In this document: positions 29,355-41,236 of the stretch, one piece after another
Layout: every line of letters begins with the position of its first letter
Numbering within the stretch: the stretch's first letter is position 1
Assembly: GCA_946965045.2 (NCBI GenBank)
Contig: OX337241.1
Location: 992,001 to 1,056,000, forward strand
Length of the DNA: 64,000 nt
Direction of reading: 5' to 3'
Source: Epithemia pelagica
Taxonomy: Eukaryota; Protista; Bacillariophyta
The notes under the pieces: model-generated
What the model saw: only the letters and a program-made list of their open reading frames with translations
Told to the model about the DNA's origin: nothing
Databases searched by the model: none
Translations under genes and position numbers: made by a program

Positions 29355-31307
29355 ATGACGACCGAATGGGGAGCTTCACAGTCCTCGAATGGCAACAACG
29401 TCCCAAGTGAGTCGGCACCGGTCCCAACTACCAGTGGCTCTACTACCACCAACAACAACACTAGCAATAGCTTTAGCGCCGCCGATGCCAGTTTCCAAGC
29501 CTCCAACAAAACCTTGGCCGAACGATGGACGGAATTCAATTATTCCATCAAAAAGTCGCAGGCCCAAGTGGAGCAAAAAAAGCAGGCACCACTCTTTTTG
29601 GTCAAGAATGGACTCATGGTGGATTCCTATGTCAGTCCCAAAAAAGAAGAAGATACAAAAAAGGAACAACGAGTACAACAAAATGTCATTCGAGAGTCCG
29701 TCATTCGAGAAGCCATTACTCGAGAGGCCAACAAGAACCTCACGGTGGATTTGGAACAAGAACAAGGAACTGGCAATGATACTCCACCAGAACCTCCCGC
29801 CGCTTCCCAATCCTTGTTGCCATCCAATTACAATCATCCTCCAGCCGCGGCCAGTCCGGTTCCTGTAAGGAATACTGGCCCTTTGGCAAGCGATCCACCA
29901 CCAAGCGGTACTTCCGTTTCTGGAACCGCCTCCCCGAATCACCCAACGAGCAACAACAACAACAACAACAATCGTCGTCGTCCTCCTTCTCCCACGGCCG
30001 AGGCCAAGGCCAAGGCATGGGCCATTTACTTTGATACCCAAGCCAAGGCCACGGCGGCAGGGTTGAGTAGTGATGACGACGACTCGAGTAGTAGTGAGGA
30101 GGAAGATGACTATGCCAAGTTTCGCTTGGCGCGCGAGACCATGGCCGATCGGTTTGCCGCCGATGCAGGAGGCTTTCCCATGGCGGTGGGTCCCAACCAC
30201 AATAATAATAACCACAACAACCACAACAATAACATGCTGCAAGAACCCCAATCGACCCTGTCGCGGTACGAAGCGTCGTCCCCCTCGCGAGGACGGTCGG
30301 CGACTCGGGAGAGCGACCCCAAGAAATCCTCCAAACCAACGAAAAAGACCAAGAACAAGAACAAAAAGAAGAAACGAACGTCGTCCTTGACCCGCAAACC
30401 CAATCGAAAGAGTGGTGGTTCGTCGGCGACCAATAATAATACCAAGACGAACCAAGCCACTCGATCGAGATCGTGTCCCCCCAAACCGGACGATGATCGA
30501 GGCGGTCGGAAACGAGTCTCCTTTTTTGATACACTGTCCTATTATTTTTATGATGCCACCTTTGAACCCAACAAGAATAAAAACAAAAAGAAGGCATCAT
30601 CCACCAAAAAATCATCGACGGACGAGGCGAGTAAAGACTCCACCAAATCCACCAAACAAACAAAGCAGCCTGCCAAAGACAAGACTAGTTCGTCCGCTCC
30701 ATCCAACTCCAACAACAACAAAAAGACCAAAAGCGATACATCTTCGTCCGATGACAAGACCAAAAAACAGACCAAACCTCCACCACCTTCTTCTTCTGCT
30801 GCTGGTTCCAAAACAGAAAAGTCGAACGCGTCCAAGCCAGTGTCATCCGACAAAAAGACTGCGTCCACCAAAGCCCCACCATCTCCCCAACCTTCCAAGG
30901 AACGTGCCGCCAAACCACCTCCATCATCGCCCAAGGCGGCCAAGCCTCCTCCGGCACCTCCAAGTAGGTCTCCCGGATCGAGCAAGAGCATGTTGGGCGA
31001 CGATCTCGACCGTGAAGACTTTGAAGATGAATTTGGATTGGATGCACAAAATGTCAATCGTCGAGACGAAGAAATGGGCAGTCTCCTTTCCTCCACGAAA
31101 CCAGAACAAGCACGACCAAACATGTCGGCCGATCCTTCTCTACGAGCCATTATGGACCAAGCCGATCAAGATATGAAGGGTGCCCTAGCCAAAATGAAAA
31201 AGCGAGAACAAACGTCGTCCAAGTTTGTCCGCATCTATCCAATTGCCGTCCCTATTCTCATGGTGATTGCATTCCTCTTTGGTTGCTTTATCTATCCATT
31301 CATGTAA
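29355..31307 (+). CDS. Low-complexity Lys/Ser/Pro-rich protein with a C-terminal transmembrane helix (tail-anchored-like)
   Basis: 650-aa ORF ending IYPIAVPILMVIAFLFGCFIYPFM. Confidence 0.7.
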   Translation: MTTEWGASQSSNGNNVPSESAPVPTTSGSTTTNNNTSNSFSAADASFQASNKTLAERWTEFNYSIKKSQAQVEQKKQAPLFLVKNGLMVDSYVSPKKEEDTKKEQRVQQNVIRESVIREAITREANKNLTVDLEQEQGTGNDTPPEPPAASQSLLPSNYNHPPAAASPVPVRNTGPLASDPPPSGTSVSGTASPNHPTSNNNNNNNRRRPPSPTAEAKAKAWAIYFDTQAKATAAGLSSDDDDSSSSEEEDDYAKFRLARETMADRFAADAGGFPMAVGPNHNNNNHNNHNNNMLQEPQSTLSRYEASSPSRGRSATRESDPKKSSKPTKKTKNKNKKKKRTSSLTRKPNRKSGGSSATNNNTKTNQATRSRSCPPKPDDDRGGRKRVSFFDTLSYYFYDATFEPNKNKNKKKASSTKKSSTDEASKDSTKSTKQTKQPAKDKTSSSAPSNSNNNKKTKSDTSSSDDKTKKQTKPPPPSSSAAGSKTEKSNASKPVSSDKKTASTKAPPSPQPSKERAAKPPPSSPKAAKPPPAPPSRSPGSSKSMLGDDLDREDFEDEFGLDAQNVNRRDEEMGSLLSSTKPEQARPNMSADPSLRAIMDQADQDMKGALAKMKKREQTSSKFVRIYPIAVPILMVIAFLFGCFIYPFM

Positions 31308-31817
31308 GAATGTGAAACAACAACACAACAAGAACAAGGACGACGACGACAATGACAATCCGTCGCCGCTCGTTTCACCGTGTCTGACTTGTTTGAAACA
31401 AGGACATGCAGTGATTTATTCTCACGGTTGTATATCAATCGGCCATAACTAGCTCTACCTAGTCAAATTATATACATTCTCACTGTTTCACGTGGACGTG
31501 TTCTATTGCCCTTGATTCTTCTGTGTGTCGTGACCAGGATGACCCAACATGTCGGTCTAGGGTTGCCACTGTGGCCATCCTGCTTGTCATTTACGTGGTT
31601 TCTGGTGAATCTTGGTGGGATGAGACTTCGTCATTGTTACACTAGAACTTGTCTTCGATCATGTTCCGGTGTCATAATTCAGAAGAAAGCAGCCCAAAAC
31701 CACCACTTCCATGGGATCATAAAGGTCACAGATTGCAACATTTTTGCTCTCTTTTTCACCATGGACATTTTTGAAACTGCAAGCACGTGATTCTGTTGAA
31801 ACTAGCAAACGTTCAGG

Positions 31818-34732
31818 CTAGCATGTTGGCCGGAGGTGCAGGGTGCCCTTTTCCAGATGGAGGTTGTGATCAAAGAATCCATTGGAAGGTACACATTCCG
31901 CTGCCACCGAGTTGGACTCTGCCGTCGTCTTGTCGTCCTGGGCATCGGGGTGATAGATCACAATCACAATACTTTCTCGGCAAAAATCTTTGAGCTTTTT
32001 CATCACCCTCGATTTGGACGCGGGATCTAGAGGTGCCATGGTTTCATCCACCAACAAGACGGCGGGACAGCTGCCACGCAAAAATACCTTACGCACCAGT
32101 TCTGCCTTGCTCTTTTGACCACCCGAGAGATCACCAAACCAGTCTTCTTTTTGTACTTTCAGCTCATTGGCAATCCGTTCAATGGACGCGGTTTCGGAAC
32201 TAATGGCGCTTCCTTCTTCCACCACTACCGGCTGGAAAAATTCCAGAGAGTGAAGTTCTGTAGCTACTCGCAAGGCTCGTTCCTCTATTTCTTCGGATGA
32301 CAGCAAATCAAATTCTTCTCCTTGATAAAAGAACTCGATCGGTTTGGAGAAAAGAGGCCAATAAATATCCTGGCTGATTTCCGACACGTTGGATGATGGC
32401 ATTGTAACAGACAGTCGAGGAACTGGATTTGGATTGGCCAAACAGTTGGAACCATCCACAGATGCGGTCTCATCCGTCTCACAGGAGGACGCAGAAGTAG
32501 CAACCGTATCATCGCTTTGTTCCGTATCTGCGTCTTGTTCTTGTTGTTGTTCTACTTCGACATGCCCCGCCTCACACGAAAGATCCCTTTCCACGTCGTC
32601 TTTTTCCACCAAGGGTTCCGATGGAGTCAAAAGATTAATGCTCGAAGGTATATCAATCGGCTTTTCGTTGGAATCACAACCCATCAACACCCGAAAGAAG
32701 GTAGATTTGCCTAATCAGAAATGAAATACAGGAGGTGAGAAAGAGTCTCCAGATCGCAGCAACCGTGTGCGACTGGCGATCCAACGTACCGCTTCCATTG
32801 GCCCCCGTGAGGGCATGGACACCGGGTTCAATTTCTATATGGTCGACCCGCACCGAGACTGTACCGCGAGTATAATGCAAATTTCGAATGACCAAGGGAC
32901 CATTGGTATCGTCCAATGATGGTGGTGGCACTGTGCACGGCAAGAGCATTCGTTGCTTGCTTTGTTCAAAGATTCGTTGGAGTTGCCACAATTTGGTTTG
33001 TTCCGTGGTCATGCGGGCCAGTTCGGCTTCGGCCCGACTCCGCGTCAAAATCATGTCGACGGTATCTTCCACGGCCCGCGAAAAGACAAAGGTATCCGTC
33101 GAGGTAATTTTCCCCAAGGCCAACAAGCTGGCCAAGGCACAATCAATCAAAACACCAAAGACAAAGTTGCGTTGCATAAAGGCAAAAAAGTCCTTGGATC
33201 GTGATAACAAGGCCGACACGACTTCTCGCGCTTGAATCTGTACCGTCAATCGTTCCCATTTGCGGTGCGTAAAGAGTGTAGATCCCTTGCCACTGCGGAG
33301 CAACAGGCCGGCATTTTTCATGTCGTAGGCTTCGACCTTGCTCCGAATGGCGCTGAGTTCTTTCATTTCTTTTTGAAAGGCTTCAATCTTGTTGGTCAAA
33401 AAGGCCACGGCCGAGGCCTTGACATAGTCGCTCATCAAGATAAAGGGCAAGACCTGTACCACCAACCATGGTTGCTTGGCCATGACGGCTGGCAACAACA
33501 GGACCTTGGGCAAACTAAACAATTTGCGGTTGAAAAAGTCATAGGAGGTTCCCAAGACCACATCCATGGAATTGGCATAGGCTGCGTGCAAAACGGGAAA
33601 CAGTGTCAGAGATTCGGTTCCAAACAGTAATATCTATCCTTTTTGGGAACTCCTTCCATCCGTGATGGGTCATACCGTACATACCTTCGGGGGAGGTGGT
33701 GGACTCGGTGGCCGTGGCGAGCAAATGACTGTCATGATCAAACAATTCATGAAGACGAATGGTCCGATGCATATCGTGTTGAAAACAAATAAAGGAATAC
33801 TTGTTCATCCCTCCAAAGACGACGAGCTGCATCATGTAGGGCAGTGCCGTTCCCAAGATGAAGGGTCCGGCCGATTTTTGAAACCGCCGGGCCTTGCGCA
33901 TGCGACTGGCCATTTCCTTGCTCGTCATGGTGGTGGTCGTGGGTTCGCTCGAGGCCGTTCCATTGCTCGTCCGTGATTCATCCTCCGTCTCATTCTTGTT
34001 GTTGTGGCTGTCATCGATATCCATTCGAACGAGTTGATTGCGTCGATGTTGTTCTCGTCGTAGAAATTCAATGCCCAAAAATCCCATGCCACATTGAATG
34101 TGAAAGGTCACAAACAACAAGTGGTACAATTGTCGATTGAGGATCGTCGGATCCAAAAAGGCGGAGGCAATTTCGTACGACCGTTGCAGTTCGGCCACAG
34201 GAAAGAGGTAGGACAGGAATTGGATCACAATGGAAGGTGTCACGAGTTGGAGGCAGTCCCAACACTGTCGGGAAAAGACAAAGCGTGCGACCGCCAAGGA
34301 GGAAATTCCACTCACCAAGACACTGACGAATTGGACCAAGGCGGGATGGGTCGACGATCCAACCACAGTCGTCGTCGACGACGACGACGATGTGCCTCGT
34401 CGCACGACCCGCGAAAAGGACAATTGTCGAGCGGCGGCATAACTAAAGAGTTGGACCGCCGCCACGAGTTCGTAGGATTTTTGAAAATAGGCCAATCCAG
34501 CCAAGAGAAATGCAAAAAAGTATCGTAACAAGGTGGATTCGTCCGATTGAATGACCGTCGTTCGAAAAAAGAAAATCGAAATGGCGGCAATGGCAGCCTC
34601 GTATTCGAAAAAGGTGCTGGTTTCGGAGGGATCCAACGTGTGGTCGCGATAGGAACTCAGGGGCAGACCCAATAAAGTGACATTGGTCAAGTCAAACAAA
34701 ATCGACGCATCTCGGAGGGGCTCCACCATCAT
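31818..34732 (-). CDS. ABC transporter half-molecule (TMD + NBD, ABCD-like), 3 exons (34732-33685, 33581-32790, 32710-31818)
   Basis: Introns 33582-33684 and 32711-32789. Splicing restores Walker A GANGSG|KST. LSGGQ signature, Walker B LLVDE, H-loop IYH and a hydrophobic N-terminal region are present. Confidence 0.85.
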
Positions 34733-35069
34733 GGCGCGTGTGTGGGTTGGGGCTTGTGAGTGTCGGCTGCTCCGTCCAAGCAGACGAGAGACAAAACAAA
34801 CAAGAGAGCGAGAGAAGACAGTAAAAGTAAATGCCCATGCACCAATGATGATGATGCTCTCGTGTCGAAATGGAAAAATGAGAGTGCACAGTGCACACCA
34901 CCGCTGACGTAATAAAAAAAGCTACTCCTAGCTAGAGGCACTTCGGAGAAGTATCTACCAATATACAATAGCGTTCTCTACTCCGCCCCGTGTTGATTCC
35001 CGATAGCTAACGAAGCTCCAATCTCTCTAGAGCTATATTGCTAGCTAAAGAGCGAAAGGAGGAGGGATG

Positions 35070-35236
35070 TTCAGCTAACTTCATCGAGGCATGCCAATGA
35101 TTGCCATGTGTTATGCTTCACGTGGCGTTCTATCGAAGAACGTCAACTTTGTGTGCTCTGTAGCAACAGCAGCCTTTCGCGCAACACATCCTCTACTAGC
35201 TAAAGCGCAAAAACAACCCTCGACGACTTTCGCCTT
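35070..35236. repeat. Diverged ~170-bp direct repeat, copy A
   Basis: Shares CATCGAGGC, TGTTATGCTT, CGTGGCGTTCTATCGA, CAGCCTTTCGCGC and CCTCGACGACTTTCGCCTT, in the same order, with 37730-37904. Confidence 0.8.
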
Positions 35237-35591
35237 GCTGCTTTCTGACTTCTGACCTTCGTTGAATCATCGAAGGAACTACAGTGCTGCTGATGGAATG
35301 AAAGAGAATAGGTTGTGCATTTTATCTTGTTGTGTTTTTATGATATTCATTGTCGTAGTATTAATACTTCCCGGTGTCGAGTCCTTTCAAGGAGGGACCG
35401 CCCGGCGTGGAGGGTAGAATGACGACGAGGGCAATGGTCGAGGAGGGCGCACGCCCGACAAGACAATTGCCCGTCGAGTCATTCTTCCGACAAGCCGGGC
35501 GCGCCCGACGCGAGAGGACGGCCAGACACAGGGAAGTAGTAAACTTACTCCCTATCAAGCTGTGTAGGTAGTGAGAAATTCCTGGAAGCCA

Positions 35592-35633
35592 TGTCACAAA
35601 GTGTCACACAAGTGTCACACAAGTGTCACACAC
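35592..35633. repeat. 11-bp tandem repeat GTGTCACACAA (~3.8 units)
   Basis: Read directly from the sequence. Confidence 0.85.
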
Positions 35634-35981
35634 GAGAGGGAAACCGCGCGACTCGCACGAAACTACTTCCCGGTCGTACAAAAAATTCCTACTGTAGTAT
35701 AAAAATGTGAGACGAACTACCTACACAGTCTGGTATGGAGTTAGAAACCTACTCTAGCTACTCCTAGTAGCTACTCGTAGAGACAATCTACATACTCGTA
35801 CATACTGCTAGGGAGTAGAACCGTCCCAATTTTCTGGCCGTCCTCTCGCGCCGGGCGACACGACACCGGAAATTAATTGCGTAGTACAAACGTCCAACGT
35901 GATCTCCGTCGTTCTCTTTCCTCCATCGGTTTGTACTCCTATATCATCATCACGTCAACTGTGAGCACAGATACTGCTAGC

Positions 35982-36251
35982 ATGATCCGCAAAACCATTG
36001 GAATCACTCTGATCATTCTGATTGTATACTCCACAGCATGGAACTTGTGGAACTTCTCGAACCTACACAGAGAAACTCTGTCACAACAGGACGCTTCGGC
36101 CGCCACACTCGGTATGGTACACGACGAAAAGGTCCAAACCCAGAAAGCAGCAACGAGGACCAACCATTACACGCTACAGGAGATTCGTGAACAGTGGTTA
36201 AATTTGCCAGACAAGAATCATCATCCAGACAGGACGAGTGTCCACCAGCAC

Positions 36252-36293
<42 letters not shown>

Positions 36294-37448
36294 CGATTGG
36301 AATTGGTCCACATTCCAAAAACAGCCGGATCGGCATTGGAAATTGCCGCCGCGGAAGCTGGTGTTCCCTGGTCGTTTTGCCATTTTCGAGACCAATTTGA
36401 GAATCAAAATTTGCCCTATCCATTGCCCAAGATTGTCTATTGTCCCCACGATTCTTCCTTCTCCTCCAACACCTCGAAGCAGCAGCAACACAAGTACTAC
36501 TACCGGCAAATGGGTCGTGATGCGCCTTGGCATGTCCCTCCAAGTTACTTTCGGAACACAACGTACGAGAAACTTTCAAACTACAACAAGCACAACCAAA
36601 CGAGAAACTTTTCCTTTCCTGGATCATTTTACGACCAATCTGCCTTGTTTGCCGTCGTACGGCATCCGTACGACCGCATGGTGAGTGAATTCAACTATGT
36701 CCACCGACGACACTTGAGCAATGGAGGAAAACTGGCGAATGCTTCCGAGTCAGATCTCCGAACGGCTGTAAATGGCTGGCTGCAACAACGATTGACTTTA
36801 TATAAAAAAGAAGGATTCCTGCAGACTCTGCACACAGACACGGAAAGGACCACCACTGCTGGTTGGAACGGAGAACGAGGAACGAGCTGTGCCACCAATC
36901 TTCCAATCACACAAGAAAGCACCCACCATTCTCTACCACAGGTTGTGCCACTCGAACGCAAGTTTAGATCCCGAGTTCCGAACAAGTACAGGACCGATTA
37001 TGGTCATTTCACTCCTCAAAGTCACTTTATCTTTCCATTGTCCCTGACAATCAAAACGGATACGTGGACGACCAACGTCACCGAGCCAGCTGCTGTGGAC
37101 CAGGAGAGCCAAGTGTTGCGACCAACGCAAACTCGTTGCGTCACAACCACGACCACACACATGATTCAAACGGTTCGCATTCATCTCGCGACCAAAGACC
37201 CAGCTCAACGCTTGGTCCATCACGTTTTGTTTCTGGAACACTTGTCGGAGGATTTGCCACGTCTCATGAACGCCTATAACTTGACGACAATTGCCTTGAC
37301 CCAATCACCATCCTCCCCGCACCAAACAACGTCCCAACCCAACCAAGATCGACCACGTCTTTCGGGGTCCATGTTGACCCGACCGACCAAACTCTTGATT
37401 CAACAAGTGTATGCCGACGATTTTGCCGTGTTTGGGTACACACCCTAA
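35982..37448 (+). CDS. Sulfotransferase (Sulfotransfer_2-like, type II membrane)
   Basis: N-terminal TM segment, 5'-PSB motif VHIPKTAGSALE, 3'-PB motif VVRHPYDRMVSEF, C-terminal VYADDF; contains a (CAA)n poly-Q tract. Confidence 0.88.
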
Positions 37449-37729
37449 AGGAGGAGGCACTGGAAATGATCGTGCAGTCATTCCAGGAATGAATGAGTGA
37501 AGTAAAAGAGACATGTTTTTCTGGAACCCAATAAAGTGGACACACGATGCCACATCAACAAAAAAGGTATAGTTAAGCTGAAAAAGTGATCACCTCATGG
37601 TCTGTTGTGCCTGGGGATCGTCCCCAATCCTCGTACGACTGCAGTGATGTTGGGGGGACCCACGCGTGCTTAGACAATAGTAGGAGTATCTTCCACAATA
37701 GCTAATGTAGCTCGCGGAAGAGACGGATT

Positions 37730-37904
37730 TTCAGGTTACTACATCGAGGCGTGCCCAGGATCCTCATTCTTTGTTATGCTTATCTATCGTGGCGTTCTAT
37801 CGACGGACAGAACTTGGGTTGCTCTCTTCTCAGCCTTTCGCGCGCAACATTCCTCTAAAGAGCAACAAATAGAAAGACTTTTTTGCCTCGACGACTTTCG
37901 CCTT
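37730..37904. repeat. Diverged ~170-bp direct repeat, copy B
   Basis: Homologue of 35070-35236. Confidence 0.8.
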
Positions 37905-38129
37905 TCGGACCAACACAAACAACCCGAATAGTGGGATAGTGGTGTCGATATCCGTAATCCATAGGAGTACCAGTTGATAAAATCCACTTGACTAAGGTTT
38001 GCCAGTGGGGTATGATGGCCCTCCGTGATATCCGCGACTTGAAAAGCATATTGGTCGCTTATAATCAGTCGCTTTATTGGAAGATACCTCTCCCAGATTT
38101 TTTCTTTGCAAAGATATTGTTCTCGCACC

Positions 38130-40808
38130 ATGATGAAGAACCGACTTTTGCGGCACCGTTCGTCCTCGTTGTCGTTGTCGTTGTGGATCCGATCCTCGGA
38201 ACCACCAAGGTCATTTTCGTATTCCTGGAATGTGTTCTCCAGCCAAGGATTCTCCTCGTCCAGTCATGCGATTGTTCCTCCATCACGGATGCAGGACCAT
38301 GACGACAACGGGTGGCATCCCATTCTTCCTGCAGAGGATCCGGCGTCTCGTCCCTGGACCACATCATCACCAAGACGTCCACAATCTCCACCACCTCATC
38401 CAAAACAACAACAACAACAACGTCGACGACCTCGTCATGGTTGGGGACGATTGGTGGCCACGGCCGTGGAGGACCAGACACGAACACGGTTGACGACTGT
38501 GGCACACCAGTCTCCGGTTCGTCTCATTCCCTTGCGATCGACCAAGATTCAACGCGAGTCGCCTCTTAGTGCGGTGGCCTACGTGTCCAATTATGGTGGA
38601 GGGATGCTGGCCGGCGATGTCTACGACCATGACATTTGTGTGAATCCACACGCTCGTCTCGGTCTCTTGACGCAAGGACATGGGCGCATTTATCCACCAC
38701 CATCATCGGCCTCGTCCCACGATCCTCAACAACACCAACAACAACACGTGGCACAAGTGAACCTCACGGCACGAGTCCACGCCCATTCGCTCTTGGTCAT
38801 GGCTCCCGATCCCCTGACCCCCTATGCTCAGTCCTGTTACCGACAAGTCCATCGCATCGTCCTGCATCCCACGGCGTCGCTGTGTGCCGTGGATTGGATT
38901 GCCTCGGGTCGCACGGCCAATGGCGAACACTGGCAACAGGACCAGTTGGAAACCTCTACCCAACTCAGCCTTGTCGTGGAAAAAGACACTCCTCGACCCG
39001 AAACCGACAACAACAACGACGAGCGACGACCGTCGCCCGCCCAAGAAGAACGGCCCCTGTTGGTGGATGCACTGACCCTCCAGGGGCCCTCTCATTTCAA
39101 TCCTCATGGTTTGTGTCAGCCGTGGGGTGGTGACGACCATTGGCACTGCCATGCCTACGTGACCCTGTACTTGTATGGACCCTTGGTCCAACCCGTTGTC
39201 CACCAGTGTCAAACCCTGGCCACGCAATTGCTGTCGCCCTACACTCGCATTCGACAATATTACCACCAACAAGAGAATGAGAATGCACCAAGCAGGCACT
39301 TTGTTTCCCCCATCACCACTACCCAGTACCCCGTGTGGATGAGTGTGCAGCACATTGACACCTCCACGCATCCACCCATGCCGATTCTTCATAGCAACCA
39401 CCACGACGGCGTGACCGACTCGTCGTCGTCGTCCCTCGTGTCCGTGGTACGAATGGTCGCGCAATCCAATCACGACGTCTATCGCGTGTTGCAAGCCTGT
39501 CTCCAACCCTTGAGTCAACCACTACCCAACCATTCTACCACAACCACAACCACAACAACACCCCTCTTTGCCTGGAACTTTTACCAAGATCGGATTCATA
39601 CGGCCTCCGATGCGGCCCTCACCAACACTGCCGCACTTGCAACGCCCACGACCCAACCGGGTGGTTTCAACCAACCCTCGGTGACTCCACATCCAACGGC
39701 GACAACAACCATAACACCCAAACCCCATACCAACACGGCAGCCATGACACAGAATCCATCCTCCCACAGGCACCAGGACGCTCCTCCCATGGTTGCGGCA
39801 TCATCATTATCATTGTCATCTTCTCCCAGTTGGGCCCTCTTGCTCCTGGCCGACTCGTGTCTTCCCACGGGAAGTTTTGCCCATTCGTCGGGATTGGAGG
39901 CGGCCTCTCAATTGGGTTTGTTGACGTCGACGACGACGACCAATCCTACTACTACTACTACGACTACGAATCCTCGACCGAACACTCCCATTCAATCCTT
40001 TGTCAACACGACGGTTCATTCGGTCGTTCAACAATGCGGCCCCGTGGTGAGTCAGGTCCATGGACTCTGTACCCAGGCCCTTGCAAACACGAACAACAAG
40101 AACAACAAGAACCAACACGATACGCAGGCTGCGAACCACTCGGATCCATCCATCACTGCTGCTGATGCTGTGGTACAACCCTTGATTCGTGATATTTTGG
40201 AGTGGAATGAACGACTTCATTTCGCCTTGGTATCCAATGGACCAGCCTGTTTGGCCTCTTTGGATCAAGGACGAAGTTTATTGCGGGTGGCCCTGCAATG
40301 GGTGGAACACAAACACCAAGGCGACGAATCATCCGCTCTACAACATGGAGCAACCAATCTGCGACGTGCCCTTCTCCAGGCCTTGGCGTCGTCGTCATCA
40401 TCTCCACAACAACAACCACAGCATTCGAGTACGAGTAGTAGTAGTGCTGGCGGAACGCTTCATTGGGCAACGGTCCTGGGCGTCACGGCCGCCTTCCTGG
40501 GGTTGGACCGGACCCAAACGGGGTCGCTCCTCGGATATTGTGTGGCTCGGGATGTGGTGTCGGCCGCCGTACGATTAAATCTGGTGGGTCCCTTGGCCAG
40601 TGTCACGGTCCTGGCACAAGCCCATTCCGTGGCCCTGGAACAGGCGTGGACGTCGATTCCACCATTGCTGGAGGAAAAGAAGGACGAGGAGGATGGAACC
40701 ACCAGCACACTCTGGACCAAACCCTTCCTCTTGGCCAGTTGCGCTCCCGTATTGGACACGATTCAGCCATGTCACAAGGAACTGGCCGTCCGACTCTTTC
40801 GATCCTAA
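38130..40808 (+). CDS. ureD/ureF: Urease accessory protein, UreD-UreF fusion
   Basis: UreD motifs SNYGGGMLAGD...LLTQG...IY and DWIASGRTANGEHW are followed in the same frame by UreF motifs LLLADSCLPTGSFAHSSGLE and ASLDQGRSLL...RLFRS. The start codon is uncertain. Confidence 0.9.
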   Translation: MMKNRLLRHRSSSLSLSLWIRSSEPPRSFSYSWNVFSSQGFSSSSHAIVPPSRMQDHDDNGWHPILPAEDPASRPWTTSSPRRPQSPPPHPKQQQQQRRRPRHGWGRLVATAVEDQTRTRLTTVAHQSPVRLIPLRSTKIQRESPLSAVAYVSNYGGGMLAGDVYDHDICVNPHARLGLLTQGHGRIYPPPSSASSHDPQQHQQQHVAQVNLTARVHAHSLLVMAPDPLTPYAQSCYRQVHRIVLHPTASLCAVDWIASGRTANGEHWQQDQLETSTQLSLVVEKDTPRPETDNNNDERRPSPAQEERPLLVDALTLQGPSHFNPHGLCQPWGGDDHWHCHAYVTLYLYGPLVQPVVHQCQTLATQLLSPYTRIRQYYHQQENENAPSRHFVSPITTTQYPVWMSVQHIDTSTHPPMPILHSNHHDGVTDSSSSSLVSVVRMVAQSNHDVYRVLQACLQPLSQPLPNHSTTTTTTTTPLFAWNFYQDRIHTASDAALTNTAALATPTTQPGGFNQPSVTPHPTATTTITPKPHTNTAAMTQNPSSHRHQDAPPMVAASSLSLSSSPSWALLLLADSCLPTGSFAHSSGLEAASQLGLLTSTTTTNPTTTTTTTNPRPNTPIQSFVNTTVHSVVQQCGPVVSQVHGLCTQALANTNNKNNKNQHDTQAANHSDPSITAADAVVQPLIRDILEWNERLHFALVSNGPACLASLDQGRSLLRVALQWVEHKHQGDESSALQHGATNLRRALLQALASSSSSPQQQPQHSSTSSSSAGGTLHWATVLGVTAAFLGLDRTQTGSLLGYCVARDVVSAAVRLNLVGPLASVTVLAQAHSVALEQAWTSIPPLLEEKKDEEDGTTSTLWTKPFLLASCAPVLDTIQPCHKELAVRLFRS

Positions 40809-41236
40809 GGATGATGAGAGGATGGATTGTCGTGTGTGGGAGGAGACACGGAATGAGAACTTGTGTTACAGGACGGTCGAAACATTTCGTGCGCTCTCCT
40901 GTCGTATCTCAAGTGGTGCCCAGAAGAGGGTTGTACTGCTGTTCCTCAAGCTCTCCTAATAACTCTAGAATGTTCTGGTTTCATCCAAAAAACATTCAAG
41001 AAAAAGGGACACCGTGCGGGGACACCATCCGATACATTGCACTCCGCGTTTTCCCCTTTGCACTATACCTCCAGTCGCTGTTGAGGTATCAATGGAGTTG
41101 TGTAGGTATCCTTTTGTATGCATTGCGTGTCCACAATCATGATCACAACCTCCACTGTTGTCGATTCGTCCGCCGTTTGTGCCATCACAATTGAAACGAT
41201 TCTTTTTTCTTGCCCGATATTCCCACCAGCACCCAC

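Noticed and set aside
29376-30663. Long antisense ORFs over low-complexity genes (also 43013-43959, 60426-61826, 62801-63568)
   Set aside because: These are shadows of triplet-repeat-rich or well-supported coding sequence on the opposite strand or another frame.
35592-35633. CRISPR-like array (also 56203-56320)
   Set aside because: Simple tandem repeats without spacers, no cas genes, and a eukaryotic context.
36254-36294. (CAA)n, (GAC)n and (GCT)n microsatellites here and in many ORFs
   Set aside because: Ordinary homopolymeric amino-acid tracts found throughout these genes.
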